Shown one piece after another: positions 17,797 through 28,397 of a stretch of 39,733 nucleotides of DNA. The notes beneath the pieces are model-generated. The model was not told the origin of the DNA and did not search any database. It saw nothing but the letters and a program-made list of their open reading frames with translations. This stretch comes from a virus (Duplodnaviria > Caudoviricetes), in the IMG/VR virus record IMGVR_UViG_3300043174_000063, positions 1-39,733 of that record; one strand, written 5' to 3'. The stretch's first letter is position 1. Each line of letters opens with the position of its first letter. Made by a program: the position numbers and the translations under genes.

Positions 17797-18542
17797 TCAA
17801 TTTCGCCTACACGAACCGGGTCGACACGGCCACGATCACGGCCTCCTCGGAGGTCGCCACGCTGCCGGCCGCGAACGTGAAGCAGCCGTGGAAGACAAAG
17901 GTCTGGCGCACCACCGGCGACACGTCCGAGTGGATAAAATTCAACTTCGGATCGGCGCAGACGGTGCGCGCGCTTGTCGTCGTCGGGCACAACCTCACCT
18001 CGGGCGCGACGATCAAGATTCAGGGCAACGCCACAGACGTTTGGACGGCCCCGTCCGTGGACGTGACGCTCACCTGGAATGCCGCGAACCTGGTCTACCT
18101 CTGGGGATCCGATCAGTCCTACCAATATTGGAGGATCACGCTGGCAGACGCCGCCAATCCGAGCGGCTACCTCGAGATCGGGCGCGTCTTCCTCGGGCCG
18201 ACCACGACGCCGGACAGGAATTTCTCCTCCTGGGCGCGCGAGGTCGTAGATCCGACCACGATCACCCCGAGCTATGACGGGGCCGAGTCGTTCGAGCAGC
18301 GCACGGCATACGATCTCTTGAGCTTCGATTTCTTGCGGGTGCTGCCGGCCACCTTCGACACGCTGATAAAAGCGGTGGGGCAGAAGGAGTACTTTTTCAT
18401 CATCGCCGACTACGACAACGTGCTGCTGACAGACGGGCGGCACGATCTGACGCGCTACTGCCGGTTCGAGGAGCTGCCGGCCTTCACCTACTCGTTTATG
18501 ACCAGGCACGACATCACGCTCACGGTGCGTGAGGCACTCTAA
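17793..18542 (+). CDS. Distal tail (Dit-like) protein
   Basis: Directly after tape measure; N......K.WRT, HNLT..A.I, YQYWRI...D..N..GYLEIGRVFLG motifs. Confidence 0.7.
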   Translation: MINFAYTNRVDTATITASSEVATLPAANVKQPWKTKVWRTTGDTSEWIKFNFGSAQTVRALVVVGHNLTSGATIKIQGNATDVWTAPSVDVTLTWNAANLVYLWGSDQSYQYWRITLADAANPSGYLEIGRVFLGPTTTPDRNFSSWAREVVDPTTITPSYDGAESFEQRTAYDLLSFDFLRVLPATFDTLIKAVGQKEYFFIIADYDNVLLTDGRHDLTRYCRFEELPAFTYSFMTRHDITLTVREAL

Positions 18543-20500
18543 TGGCCATAACGACGTTTGCGGAACTGATCGCCGCGCCGGCTTCGCAGCGCGATTTCCT
18601 GCTGACGATAGAGCCGAAGGAGAGGATCCGCAGCTGGACGAAAACGGGCGGCTATACCTACACCTACGAGAAAAGCTGGGCGTCGATGTTCGAGTCGTCG
18701 GCCGGCGGCAAGATCGGCAAGGTCTACCGCGCGCTCACGCGCGTGACGCAGAACGGGGCAGAGCTGACGGCCCGGGCCTCAATCGCCCTCGTCGATGCCA
18801 ATGCCGGCAGCTATTACTACGACACGGCAGCCGCGAAGATCTACGTCCACTGCTCCGACGACGGCGGCGCAGATCGCGGCTCCGTCTGGATGGTCGTCTA
18901 TTTCAAACTCTACTTCGCCTCCGGCGTCGGATTGGACGGCGCGGGCAAGATCTTCAACGCTATCTACTACGAGCCGATCTTCGACCCCCGCTCGGTCTCC
19001 GAGATCACGGCCGAGCAGACCGACCTCCTTGCCGGCGGCGGTATGAGCTACGGCGATTTGACGCTGCGGCTGGCGAATCCGTGGCGATTTTTCGACTATA
19101 TCTGGACCGAGTGGTCGTGGAAGAACGCCGCGGTGGCCGTCTACTACGGCGGCGAGAGCCTGCCGCTCGGCGAGTATGCGCTGATCTACTCGGGCATCGT
19201 CAAGGAGGAAAGCTGGCTGCCGCACGCCGTAACCTTCGACACGGTCAATTACCTGGAGATCTTCAAGCGCAACGTGCCGGTCAATCCGTGCTTCGGATCG
19301 GCCGTCCGGCAAGAGGACAGCGGCAAACCCTTCCCCCTCCTTTTCGGAACGGTCGACAACATCTCGCCCCTCTGCACCAAAGCGGATCCGATCAACGCCA
19401 CCGAGTGGTCGGTGGCCGATCCGACCTACCAGACGCTGACCGAAATCTCGGCCGTCTACGATGGCGGCACGCTGATCGCGCCGGCCAATTACACGGTCGA
19501 CCTGACGAATTGTAAATTCACCTTCAGCAACTATACGCCGGCCGGCGAGATCACCTGTAACGCAAGCGGCGCAAAGCTCTCCGACATCCCGGGGGAATCG
19601 GCCTCGACGCTGCTCAACAACGCCTCGGACATCGTGCGCTTCTTCCTGAAAAAAGTCCTCGGACTCGCAGATAGCTCCCTCAACACGACAAGCTTCGCGG
19701 CAGCGAAGGCCTCGCTCGCGGATCTTCCGCTCTCGAAGTACGTGCGGTTCCGGCGCAATCTCTCGAGCTATTTCGCCGAGATCGAGCGCTCGACCCTCAG
19801 CGTGATCTTCCAAGACACGGACGGGAAGATCGGGATGGCCGCCTTCGACCCCTTCTTTACGTCCGACGACTCGCTCGGAAACGAAGAGATCGTCAGCTTC
19901 AAACAGGCATCCCCGGCCTCGAAGCTCTACGCCGGCGTCAAGGTCTACTACAACGCGCAGCCGTTTGAGCGGCCCGAATCGGGCGGCGTCGAGGGGGAGG
20001 ACGACTCCTACGCCGTCGTCGAGGGGCTGAACACGAACAGCCGCTATCTCGACGACGAGGAGACTGCGTACAGGCGGGTCGTGACCTGGCTCTACGGATC
20101 CGTGGCGGCGGTGACGATCCGAGACCGCGTGCTTTTTCTGACCAATAAATCCATCCAAGAATACGAGGTCGAGGTTGCCGGCGGCAAGCTCTTCCTCCGC
20201 CGCCCGGGCGACGTGCTCGCGGTCTCTAAGCTGCGCGCGCCGACGGCGAGCGGCACGATGGAGGCGCAGGCGCTTCAGATCCTCGCCATCACGAAGCGCC
20301 TGACGGAGAACCGCTGCTGGCTGCGGCTTGACAACTTCGCCGGGGTGGCCTATATGGTGGGTACCTGGTGCGACGGATCCGCGCCGGCGTGGGGCGCTGC
20401 CTCCGATCAGCAGCGCCTCGAGCAAGGCTTCTGGTGCGATTCGGACGGCCTGATTGTGGCCGGCGATTGGACGACAGCTGACAAATCGGTCTGGTGGTAA
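18542..20500 (+). CDS. Tail tip / baseplate hub protein
   Basis: 652 aa after Dit; GKPFPLLFG.V.N, VYDGG, L..RPGDV..V pattern. Confidence 0.7.
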   Translation: MAITTFAELIAAPASQRDFLLTIEPKERIRSWTKTGGYTYTYEKSWASMFESSAGGKIGKVYRALTRVTQNGAELTARASIALVDANAGSYYYDTAAAKIYVHCSDDGGADRGSVWMVVYFKLYFASGVGLDGAGKIFNAIYYEPIFDPRSVSEITAEQTDLLAGGGMSYGDLTLRLANPWRFFDYIWTEWSWKNAAVAVYYGGESLPLGEYALIYSGIVKEESWLPHAVTFDTVNYLEIFKRNVPVNPCFGSAVRQEDSGKPFPLLFGTVDNISPLCTKADPINATEWSVADPTYQTLTEISAVYDGGTLIAPANYTVDLTNCKFTFSNYTPAGEITCNASGAKLSDIPGESASTLLNNASDIVRFFLKKVLGLADSSLNTTSFAAAKASLADLPLSKYVRFRRNLSSYFAEIERSTLSVIFQDTDGKIGMAAFDPFFTSDDSLGNEEIVSFKQASPASKLYAGVKVYYNAQPFERPESGGVEGEDDSYAVVEGLNTNSRYLDDEETAYRRVVTWLYGSVAAVTIRDRVLFLTNKSIQEYEVEVAGGKLFLRRPGDVLAVSKLRAPTASGTMEAQALQILAITKRLTENRCWLRLDNFAGVAYMVGTWCDGSAPAWGAASDQQRLEQGFWCDSDGLIVAGDWTTADKSVWW

Positions 20501-20509
20501 GGAGGCGCT

Positions 20510-20926
20510 ATGGGCGCATTGACCTCAATCCCTACGGTCACGGTGGGCAACGCCACGAAGAAGTCCGACTACGACAACCTCGGGAGCCTGATCACCTACG
20601 GCGCGACCGTCGACGGCAGCAACGGCATCACGCTCACGACCTCGCAGATCGGGATGACGGTGATCGTCAACAGCTCCTCGGATCGGACGGTCAATCTCCC
20701 CTCGGTGGACTCCTCGTATATCGGCGCGACCTTCACGATCTGGAAGCTCGGCACCGGGAAGGTCACAATCGACGCGGCCGACTCGGACACGATTATGGAC
20801 AGCTCGGCCGGCGGCACGATCTACAACAGCTCGACCACAGAGATCTGGGCGTGCATCCGGCTCCGGCTTCAGACGGCTACGCAGTGGGCAATCGATGGCG
20901 GCGTCGGCAACTGGACTACGACCTGA
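20510..20926 (+). CDS. Small tail fibre-associated protein
   Basis: TVNLP.....IG..F.I.K.GTGKVTI.....D.I beta module typical of tail fibre joints; RBS AAGGAGG. Confidence 0.6.
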   Translation: MGALTSIPTVTVGNATKKSDYDNLGSLITYGATVDGSNGITLTTSQIGMTVIVNSSSDRTVNLPSVDSSYIGATFTIWKLGTGKVTIDAADSDTIMDSSAGGTIYNSSTTEIWACIRLRLQTATQWAIDGGVGNWTTT

Positions 20927-20935
20927 TCGGAGGCG

Positions 20936-21784
20936 ATGATGGCCGGCAACACCTACAAACTCTCGGGCGGCGGCGCAACCGGGAAGTCGCAGGAATGGAC
21001 CTCGGGAGCGTCGAATAACTGGACCGCGCCGTCCAATCTCTACACCCCGTGGGTGCTGGTCGAGATGATCGGCGGCGGTGGTGGAGGGGGAGGATCCGAC
21101 ACCTCCGGCTTCGGCGCGGGCGGCGGAGGCGGCGCACAGAGGATCCTGACCTGGATGAAAGTCGTCGCCGGGGGCAGTTACACCGTGGCCGTCGGATCCG
21201 GCGGCACCGGGGGGACAGCCGGCGCGAACGACGGAAACGATGGCGGCGACTCGACGGTCACCTACTCAAGCACCGTGATACTCCGCTGCCGCGGCGGCAA
21301 GAAGGGGCAGCGCGGCGTAAGCGGCTACGGGGACGGCGGGGCCGGCGGCGGGCGCTACGGGGGAGCCGGAGGCGCGGGCGGGGCAACCGGACAAGGCGGG
21401 AGCGGGGACTCGCCTGGGAGCCTGAGCGGAACCTCCAACTGGGAGGATCCGGCCGGGTGCTGCGGATGGGGGGGCGGCGGTGGCGGAGGCGACGACGTCA
21501 ACGGGGACGCCGGCGACTCTGGGCGCTACTACTTCAGCCATCTCGATGACCCCGGGAACGGCGGACAGGCCACCGGGACTGATCCGTATTTCGGAGGCGG
21601 AGGTGGCGGCGGGGGAACGTTCCTCGGAACGGGCGGCGACGGCGGCAACGGAGATGCTGCCGGTGAAACGGCAACGCAAGGCTACGGCGGCGGCGGCGGC
21701 GGCGCAGGCGGCGGCAACGCGGCCGGCCGCGCTGGCGGCGCAGGCGCGAATGGGATAGTCCGTTTCTATTGGCTGGAGAATTAA
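20936..21784 (+). CDS. Glycine-rich tail/adhesin-like protein 1
   Basis: SQEWTSG...WTAP...VLVEMIGGGGGGG ... GGAGANGIVRFYW. Confidence 0.8.
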   Translation: MMAGNTYKLSGGGATGKSQEWTSGASNNWTAPSNLYTPWVLVEMIGGGGGGGGSDTSGFGAGGGGGAQRILTWMKVVAGGSYTVAVGSGGTGGTAGANDGNDGGDSTVTYSSTVILRCRGGKKGQRGVSGYGDGGAGGGRYGGAGGAGGATGQGGSGDSPGSLSGTSNWEDPAGCCGWGGGGGGGDDVNGDAGDSGRYYFSHLDDPGNGGQATGTDPYFGGGGGGGGTFLGTGGDGGNGDAAGETATQGYGGGGGGAGGGNAAGRAGGAGANGIVRFYWLEN

Positions 21785-21785
21785 A

Positions 21786-22520
21786 ATGGCCGGAACCACA
21801 TTCAAACTCGGGCTCGCCGGCGGCGCTTGGAAGTGCCAGGAATTCACGACGCAAGGAGCCGGCACCTTCACGGCTCCGCTCGGCCCGACGCCGGTCAGCT
21901 TCGTGCTGGTCGAGCTGAAAGGCGGTGGCGGCGGCGGCGGTGGATCGCGCAGCAGCTACAACCACGGGGGAGGCGGAGGCGGAGGCGGCGAATATGCCTG
22001 GTATATGGTGCCGGTTACTCCTGGCACCGGCTACTCGCTCTACGTCGGCAACGGCGGCACGGCCGGCACCGGCAGCAGCTCCCCCACCGCCGGCGGCAAC
22101 GGCGAGGCTTCCTACTGGGTCTCCTCGGCTACGTTCCGCGCAGTCGGCGGGGTCGGAGGGGCGGTTGCCGGAACGGTCTCCGGAGGATCCGGCGGCAACG
22201 GAGGAGGATATTCCGGCCCGCGCACGTACAGCGAAGACGGGGCAGACGGAGGATCGGGGGCGACAGGAGCGGCGGCCGGATCGGCAGGGCAGGACGGGCT
22301 CTGTATAGACGGCGCGGCCGGCGGTTCAATAGCAACCTACGGCGGGGGAGGCGGCGGCGGAAGCTGCTACGACGCGCGCGGGGGCGCGGGCGGGAACGGA
22401 GGCGCTGCCGGCACGGCAGCCGCGGCCAACAGCGGCGCGGGCGGAGGCGGCGGCGGCGGCAACGGATTCAACGGAGGCGGAGGCGGCACGGGGATCGTGC
22501 GAGTCTGGTATCTCGGGTAA
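21786..22520 (+). CDS. Glycine-rich tail/adhesin-like protein 2
   Basis: QEFTTQGAGTFTAP...VLVELKGGGGGGG ... GGGGGTGIVRVWY. Confidence 0.8.
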   Translation: MAGTTFKLGLAGGAWKCQEFTTQGAGTFTAPLGPTPVSFVLVELKGGGGGGGGSRSSYNHGGGGGGGGEYAWYMVPVTPGTGYSLYVGNGGTAGTGSSSPTAGGNGEASYWVSSATFRAVGGVGGAVAGTVSGGSGGNGGGYSGPRTYSEDGADGGSGATGAAAGSAGQDGLCIDGAAGGSIATYGGGGGGGSCYDARGGAGGNGGAAGTAAAANSGAGGGGGGGNGFNGGGGGTGIVRVWYLG

Positions 22521-22529
22521 GGAGCGCCG

Positions 22530-25500
22530 ATGGCTGACAAGCTGACGAAAATCTCGGCCGATCTGCTCCAAGACATAATCGCTCATATGGGTGGAGGATC
22601 GCCCACCACGTTCCTCGGTCTGACCGACACTCCGAGCAGCTACGCCGGCGCGGGCGGCTATTATGTCAAGGTCAACAGTGGGGCGACGGGCCTGGAGTTC
22701 TCGGCGGCCGGCGGCAGCACGACGTTCGTATCGTTGACGGATACTCCGAGCAGCTATACGGCCGCGGCCTACAAGATGCTGCGCGTCAATACGGGGCAGA
22801 CGGGCGTCGAGTTTGCCACGCTCCAGGGAACAACCAATCAGGTCACCGTCACTCACGCCGCGGATCTGATCACCCTCTCGCTGCCGCAGAATATCCACAC
22901 GTCGGCGTCTCCGACATTCGCGAACGTCTTCGCGAGGCTCTACCGCTCTGTCGACTCCGACTGGAACGACCTCGTCGAAGGCCGAGTCTATTCGGCGACG
23001 GCGTCGCATTATCCGTACATCCTGCTGCGGCGGGCGCGGGGGACAGAGGCTTCGCCTGCCGATATTCAGGCGAGCGACTACGTGGGGTGCTTCAGTGGGC
23101 AGGGGAGAGTCAACGGGGCGTGGCAGTATGTCGGATCCGCCTCGTGGCGGGCGCTTTCAGTCGGCACAACATACCCGTCTGGATTCTTTGCGATTGCTCC
23201 GGCACGAAGCTCTGATGGGGCGACAACCGAAGTCCTCCGTGCTTATTATGAATACGTGACCGTCGACGGGAACTTCGGCATCGGGCAAGCGACATTCGGC
23301 ACGAGCGCCACAAAGACGCTCGCTATCGGATCCGGCGCAGCGCCGGAAACTTCGCCGGTTGATGCGATCCAGCTCTACTCCTCTGACTTCGCAGCCGGCA
23401 ACGCCTGCCCGACGTTCCGCACGGAGAACGGAACAGTCATTCAGTTGAATCAGAACCTCACGACGTACGCTTCGCCGACGTTCATCGCGCTCACGCTGAA
23501 CGGGAAGCTCTCGGCGGCGGCGGTCACCGGGACTACGGCAGAATACACAGACAGTCATCGGCTGGACTTTACTCTTACCGCCTCGTCTATCTCGGCCTCG
23601 GTCCAAGTCCCTTGTATGTGGCTCAATTACGTCTGGGCGAATCAGGCAGTCAGCGTCAGCGGCGGCGTGACGTACTCCCCCTCGTACTTTCACGGGCGGC
23701 AAGACGTCTACTCACAAATCTCGAACAGTGGGACGATTGACGCTGCCGGCTTCCGCTCGGAGCTTTATCTTCAGGCGGCCTCGACGGGCGTGATCACGAG
23801 CTTCACGGACTTCTATGCTCACGGCCCCGACTACAAGCACGCCTCGTCGACGGCAACAATCACGGACTGGGCGGGGTTGAGGGTCGCGAACCCAGCGGCT
23901 AACATCCTCACAAACGCCTACGGCATCTATGTCGGGAACATCACGGCCGGATCGAGCGTCAATTATTCAATCTACGTCTCCGGAGGAACGAGTTATTTCG
24001 GAGGCGTGGTGCGCTGCTCTTCCTATCTTGAGGTCGCCGAGATCGCAGCGCCCGGGACGCCGGGATCCGGCTATGGGCGCATCTACGGGGCATCGGACGG
24101 CAAGGTCTACTACGTAAACGACGCGGGCACGACCTACGATCTGACCTCTACGGGCGGCAGCGCGCACGCAATTCTCTCCTCCACGCACAGCGACACGCTG
24201 ACCGCTACCGTCGTGCGCGGCGACATCATCGTCGGGAATTCGACGCCGGCCTGGGCGCGGCTTGCCATCGGCTCAAACGGATACTTCTTGAAGTCGAACG
24301 GGACGGATGCCGCGTGGGCAGCGCACGGCCTCACGTACACGGACGTGGGCGCGCCTCCAGACACGCGCAGCATCTCGACTACCGCTCCACTCAGCGGCGG
24401 CGGCAACCTCACGGCCGACAGGACGTTGACGCTGGCCGGCCTCTCGTCGCTCGGGACGGCGAACTATCTGGTCGGGGTCAACAGCGGCGCGACGGGGTGG
24501 GAGTACAAACAGCTGATCCAAACGGCGAACCGGGTCACCGTATCCCACGGGGCCGGGGCGATCACGCTTTCCGGCCCGCAGGACATCCACACGGCGGCCA
24601 CCCCACAGTTCGCCCGGGTCGGCCTCGGGGTAGCTGCGAGCGACTCGAAGGGGCTCGCGCTGACCGGGACCGTGGATCCGGCGACGGACGCCACGTGCTA
24701 CGGAATCCAGGTTTATTCGCTCTCGCTGACCCCCGGCACCTCCTATGATGCGTACTTCGGATCGTTTGCCGGGACGGTCGTGGCCGGCGTGGGCGAGACC
24801 ATCGGATCAGCGTACGGGATCGCGCAGAGCGGAATGACGAAGTCTGGCTCCGGCACAATCACGACGGCCTACGGGATCTACTCGTCCTCTCCTGCGCTCG
24901 CCACGACGAATTGGAACTTCTACGCAAGCGGCGCGGCCGGCAGCTATTTCGGAGGCTTCGTGCGCCACGCCTCCTACCTCGAGGTCGCGGAGATCGCAGC
25001 GCCGGGTACACCAGGATCCGGCTACGGCCGGCTCTATGGCGCATCCGACGGGAAGATCTATTACGTCAACGACGGGGGGACGTCCTTTGATCTGACGCTG
25101 GGCGGCGGCGCAGTCGGGGCGCACAACTTCCTCGACTCCACGGTGCACAACAACACGCTCACCGGCACGCCGACGCGCGGCGACATCATCTACGCAAACT
25201 CGACGCCGGCCTGGGCGAAGCTCGGCAAGGGCACGGACGGCTATTTCCTGAAGTCCAATTCTACGGATGTCGTCTGGGCGGCGCACGGATTGACCGCCTC
25301 CGACGTGGGCGCGGTGCCGACGAGCCGGACGATCTCGACCACAACCCCGCTCGCGGGCGGCGGCGACTTGACGACGAACCGTACGCTCACCGTCGGCGGC
25401 CTGAGCGCTTGGGGATCTGCGAACCAGCTGGTCGGGATGAACAACGCGGCCGGCGCGTGGGAGTACAAGACGATCCAGGGGACGACGGATCAGGTGGCCG

Positions 25501-27203
25501 TCGCCCACGCGGCGAACCTGATCACGCTCTCGACCCCGCAGAACATCGCCACGACCAGCGCGCCGCAGTTTGCGCGGATCGGCCTGGGCGTCGCATCGAG
25601 CACGGCGTATCAGCTTTATCAGGCCGGGACGCTGACGGGATCGGCCAATTACCGTGGCATATATCAGAACCAGACGTTCACGCTCAGCGCGGCCGGGACG
25701 TACGTAGACGGCGTTTATATCGGCTTCACGGTCGACACGACAGTGAACAATTACTCGCTCGGCGGCGCTTACGGCCTGCGCGTCGGGGCGCTCTCGAAGT
25801 CGGGGAGCGGGACGATCACAGACGCCTACGGCCTGCACGTCACGGCACCGACCATCGGATCGAGCAACAACTATGGGATCTACACGACCGGCCTGTTCTG
25901 GGTGCAGGACGGGGTTATTTCGGGCGGCGGCACGACGTATATCTACTGCCCGACTTATACGATGTTCCCCTACCAGACGACGCCGACAACCCCGGCGACG
26001 GGCGTTAAGGTCTACTCGAAGAGCGACGGCCTCGTCTACTATCTCAACACGGGCGGCGTCGAGCGGGCATTCGCTATGGCGGCGCGGAGCATCTCGACGA
26101 CGTCGCCTCTGTCGGGCGGCGGCGATCTGAGCGCCGACAGGACGATCTCGCTGGCCGGCTTGACCGGCCTCGGATCGGCCAATCAGTTGCTCGGGATGAA
26201 CAACGGCGCTACGGCCTACGAGTACAAATCGCTGAACGGGACGACGAACCAAGTCACGGTCACGCACGCGACGAATAGCATAACGCTCTCTTTGCCGCAG
26301 AGCATCCACACAGGCGCGAGCCCGCAGTTTACGAACGAAACCCTGACCGGCTATCTCGACATCGCCGAGCAAACTGCGCCGGCGACCCCGGGCAGCGGCT
26401 ACGGGCGGCTCTACTTCAAGACGGACGGATACTTCTACGCGAAGAACGACGCCGGCACAGAGTCGCAGATCACCGGCGTATCGGCCGGCGGCGGCAAGCT
26501 CAAGTCGCAGGCATTCACCTCCGACGGAACCTGGACGCAGCCGTCCGGCGTCACGCTGGTCTGGGTCACGGCCGTGGGCGGAGGCGGCGGCGGCGAGGCC
26601 GGTATCACCTCGACGCGCGGCGGAGGCGGAGGCGGAGGCGGCGCTTTCTACTACCGCTTCCCGGTGACGGTCTCGGGGAACGTCTCGGTCACAATCGGCA
26701 CGGCCGGGACGGCCGGCAGCGGATCCTCGGGCGCGAACGGAGGCTCGGGCGGCAGCACTACCTTCGGCAGCTATCTCACGGCGCACGGCGGCATCGGCGG
26801 CGGCGTGGCCGGATCCGGCTACGGAGGCGCAGGCGGCGGCGAGGTCGGATTCGGGGCGACCCAGACGACGGCCGGCAGCGCCGGAAACTCGCCGACCATC
26901 CGCGGATCTTTCTACATCCCCGGTGCAGGCGGCGGCGCAGGCACGACGACCTCTCCCACAAGCGGAGGCGCGGGCGCGTACCAGGTGCGCTACGGCGGCG
27001 GCTCGGGCGGCGCGTCAACCTATGGCGGCGGCGGCGGCGCGGGCGCTATGGGGACGGGCGGCACGGGCGGCACCTCCGGAGTTGCCGGCACTGCCGGATC
27101 CGCAAACACCGGGGCCGGCGGCGGCGGGGGATGGGGAGGCGCGACGTATACGGCAGGCGGCGCGGGCGGCACCGGCTGGCTGCTCGTCGAGTGGGTCGAA
27201 TAG
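22530..27203 (+). CDS. Long tail fibre with internal duplications and C-terminal glycine-rich domain
   Basis: 1557 aa, Thr/Gly/Ser-rich, repeated modules; ends SQAFTSDGTWTQPSGVT.V.V..VGGGGGG...GGTGWLLVEW. Confidence 0.88.
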   Translation: MADKLTKISADLLQDIIAHMGGGSPTTFLGLTDTPSSYAGAGGYYVKVNSGATGLEFSAAGGSTTFVSLTDTPSSYTAAAYKMLRVNTGQTGVEFATLQGTTNQVTVTHAADLITLSLPQNIHTSASPTFANVFARLYRSVDSDWNDLVEGRVYSATASHYPYILLRRARGTEASPADIQASDYVGCFSGQGRVNGAWQYVGSASWRALSVGTTYPSGFFAIAPARSSDGATTEVLRAYYEYVTVDGNFGIGQATFGTSATKTLAIGSGAAPETSPVDAIQLYSSDFAAGNACPTFRTENGTVIQLNQNLTTYASPTFIALTLNGKLSAAAVTGTTAEYTDSHRLDFTLTASSISASVQVPCMWLNYVWANQAVSVSGGVTYSPSYFHGRQDVYSQISNSGTIDAAGFRSELYLQAASTGVITSFTDFYAHGPDYKHASSTATITDWAGLRVANPAANILTNAYGIYVGNITAGSSVNYSIYVSGGTSYFGGVVRCSSYLEVAEIAAPGTPGSGYGRIYGASDGKVYYVNDAGTTYDLTSTGGSAHAILSSTHSDTLTATVVRGDIIVGNSTPAWARLAIGSNGYFLKSNGTDAAWAAHGLTYTDVGAPPDTRSISTTAPLSGGGNLTADRTLTLAGLSSLGTANYLVGVNSGATGWEYKQLIQTANRVTVSHGAGAITLSGPQDIHTAATPQFARVGLGVAASDSKGLALTGTVDPATDATCYGIQVYSLSLTPGTSYDAYFGSFAGTVVAGVGETIGSAYGIAQSGMTKSGSGTITTAYGIYSSSPALATTNWNFYASGAAGSYFGGFVRHASYLEVAEIAAPGTPGSGYGRLYGASDGKIYYVNDGGTSFDLTLGGGAVGAHNFLDSTVHNNTLTGTPTRGDIIYANSTPAWAKLGKGTDGYFLKSNSTDVVWAAHGLTASDVGAVPTSRTISTTTPLAGGGDLTTNRTLTVGGLSAWGSANQLVGMNNAAGAWEYKTIQGTTDQVAVAHAANLITLSTPQNIATTSAPQFARIGLGVASSTAYQLYQAGTLTGSANYRGIYQNQTFTLSAAGTYVDGVYIGFTVDTTVNNYSLGGAYGLRVGALSKSGSGTITDAYGLHVTAPTIGSSNNYGIYTTGLFWVQDGVISGGGTTYIYCPTYTMFPYQTTPTTPATGVKVYSKSDGLVYYLNTGGVERAFAMAARSISTTSPLSGGGDLSADRTISLAGLTGLGSANQLLGMNNGATAYEYKSLNGTTNQVTVTHATNSITLSLPQSIHTGASPQFTNETLTGYLDIAEQTAPATPGSGYGRLYFKTDGYFYAKNDAGTESQITGVSAGGGKLKSQAFTSDGTWTQPSGVTLVWVTAVGGGGGGEAGITSTRGGGGGGGGAFYYRFPVTVSGNVSVTIGTAGTAGSGSSGANGGSGGSTTFGSYLTAHGGIGGGVAGSGYGGAGGGEVGFGATQTTAGSAGNSPTIRGSFYIPGAGGGAGTTTSPTSGGAGAYQVRYGGGSGGASTYGGGGGAGAMGTGGTGGTSGVAGTAGSANTGAGGGGGWGGATYTAGGAGGTGWLLVEWVE

Positions 27204-27205
27204 AG

Positions 27206-27946
27206 ATGGCGGTCACGAAGTCACAGAAGTTCACATCGGGCGGCACGTGGACCTGCCCGTCTGGCGTGACGATGGTTTGGGTAACGCTGATCGGCGGTGG
27301 AGGCGGCGGGGCCGGAAGCGACGGAGCCAGTTTGACCGGTGGGGGAGGGGGAGGCTGCGGCGAGCTGATCTTCCGTAAACCGGTTGTCGTATCGGCCAAC
27401 GTCTCGGTCACGGTCGGGCAGGGCGGCGACGGAGGCTACGGCACGCAGGACGGGACCGCCGGCACGTCTTCCTCTTTCGGATCGCTGAGCGCCTCGGGCG
27501 GGGGGGGAGGCGGCTCATCTACTGGGCAGGGCGGCAGCGGCGGAGCCACAAACAACTACGTAGGCTCGGCAGGCTCGGGCGGCTCACAAGAGCAGATGGG
27601 CGAGTCGCCCTCGGAAAGGTGGATGATGGAATACCTGCCAGGGTCAGGCGGCGGGGGAGGATCCGCGCCGAACGGCACTGGCGGCCGCGGAGGGTACCAG
27701 GGCCGCTACAACGGCGGAGCCGGCGGCTCGGCCGGAGGAGCCGATTATTGTGGCGGCGGCGGGGGTGCTTCATCGTTCTTCGGGGCCGGGGGAGCCGGAG
27801 GCAGTGGATCCTCCGGCGGCAGCAACGCATCGCCCTACACCGGGGCCGGCGGGGGGGGAGCCGGATGTATGGTGGGCGACCCGGTAATCGACCGAAACGG
27901 CGGGTACGGGGCCGACGGTTTCGTGCTTGTCGAATGGATCGAATAG
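27206..27946 (+). CDS. Glycine-rich tail/adhesin-like protein 3
   Basis: SQKFTSGGTWTCPSGVTMVWVTLIGGGGGG ... GGYGADGFVLVEW. Confidence 0.8.
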   Translation: MAVTKSQKFTSGGTWTCPSGVTMVWVTLIGGGGGGAGSDGASLTGGGGGGCGELIFRKPVVVSANVSVTVGQGGDGGYGTQDGTAGTSSSFGSLSASGGGGGGSSTGQGGSGGATNNYVGSAGSGGSQEQMGESPSERWMMEYLPGSGGGGGSAPNGTGGRGGYQGRYNGGAGGSAGGADYCGGGGGASSFFGAGGAGGSGSSGGSNASPYTGAGGGGAGCMVGDPVIDRNGGYGADGFVLVEWIE

Positions 27947-27955
27947 GAGGCCGAA

Positions 27956-28219
27956 ATGGCATCGCAAGACACGTGGTTGGCGCGCGAGGAGATCCTTCGG
28001 ACATTCGCCTCGCTGCACCGGCTGATCGGCGACTTCAAGATCATCGGCGGCCGGATGGAAGAGCTGAAGGCGTACTACATCGACGACCCCGAGCGCCGCA
28101 CGGATCTGATCGCGCTCCTTGCCGTTGACCCGGTGCACACGATCTCCACGCTCGGCGACGATTATGCGCTGCTCAAGACGGCGCTCGATTGGCTGAGGAC
28201 GAACTTCCCGTCCGACTGA
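27956..28219 (+). CDS. Hypothetical protein, possible fibre chaperone
   Basis: RBS AGGAGG; last gene of the structural operon. Confidence 0.6.
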   Translation: MASQDTWLAREEILRTFASLHRLIGDFKIIGGRMEELKAYYIDDPERRTDLIALLAVDPVHTISTLGDDYALLKTALDWLRTNFPSD

Positions 28220-28368
28220 TCGCCGCGCCGCGCAGCTGACAGCTCGCGTTCAAAACCAGAATTTTTCTGAAAAAAAGCAGAGCAGAAACAAAAGATTTTC
28301 AAAGATTTTTTAACCCCTTATACGCAATAAGTTACGCGTCCGAAAATCGCGATTTTAGCGAGAGCGAT

Positions 28369-28397
28369 TTGCTTTCTATAAATCCTTTATATATAAT
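28369..28397 (+). promoter_or_regulatory. Strong sigma70-type early promoter
   Basis: TTGCTT (28369-28374), 17 nt, TATAAT (28392-28397) within the only long AT-rich intergenic region. Confidence 0.8.

Noticed and set aside
20936-27946. Diversity-generating retroelement or invertible tail cassette
   Set aside because: No reverse transcriptase or invertase, and no near-identical TR/VR pair differing at adenines was seen
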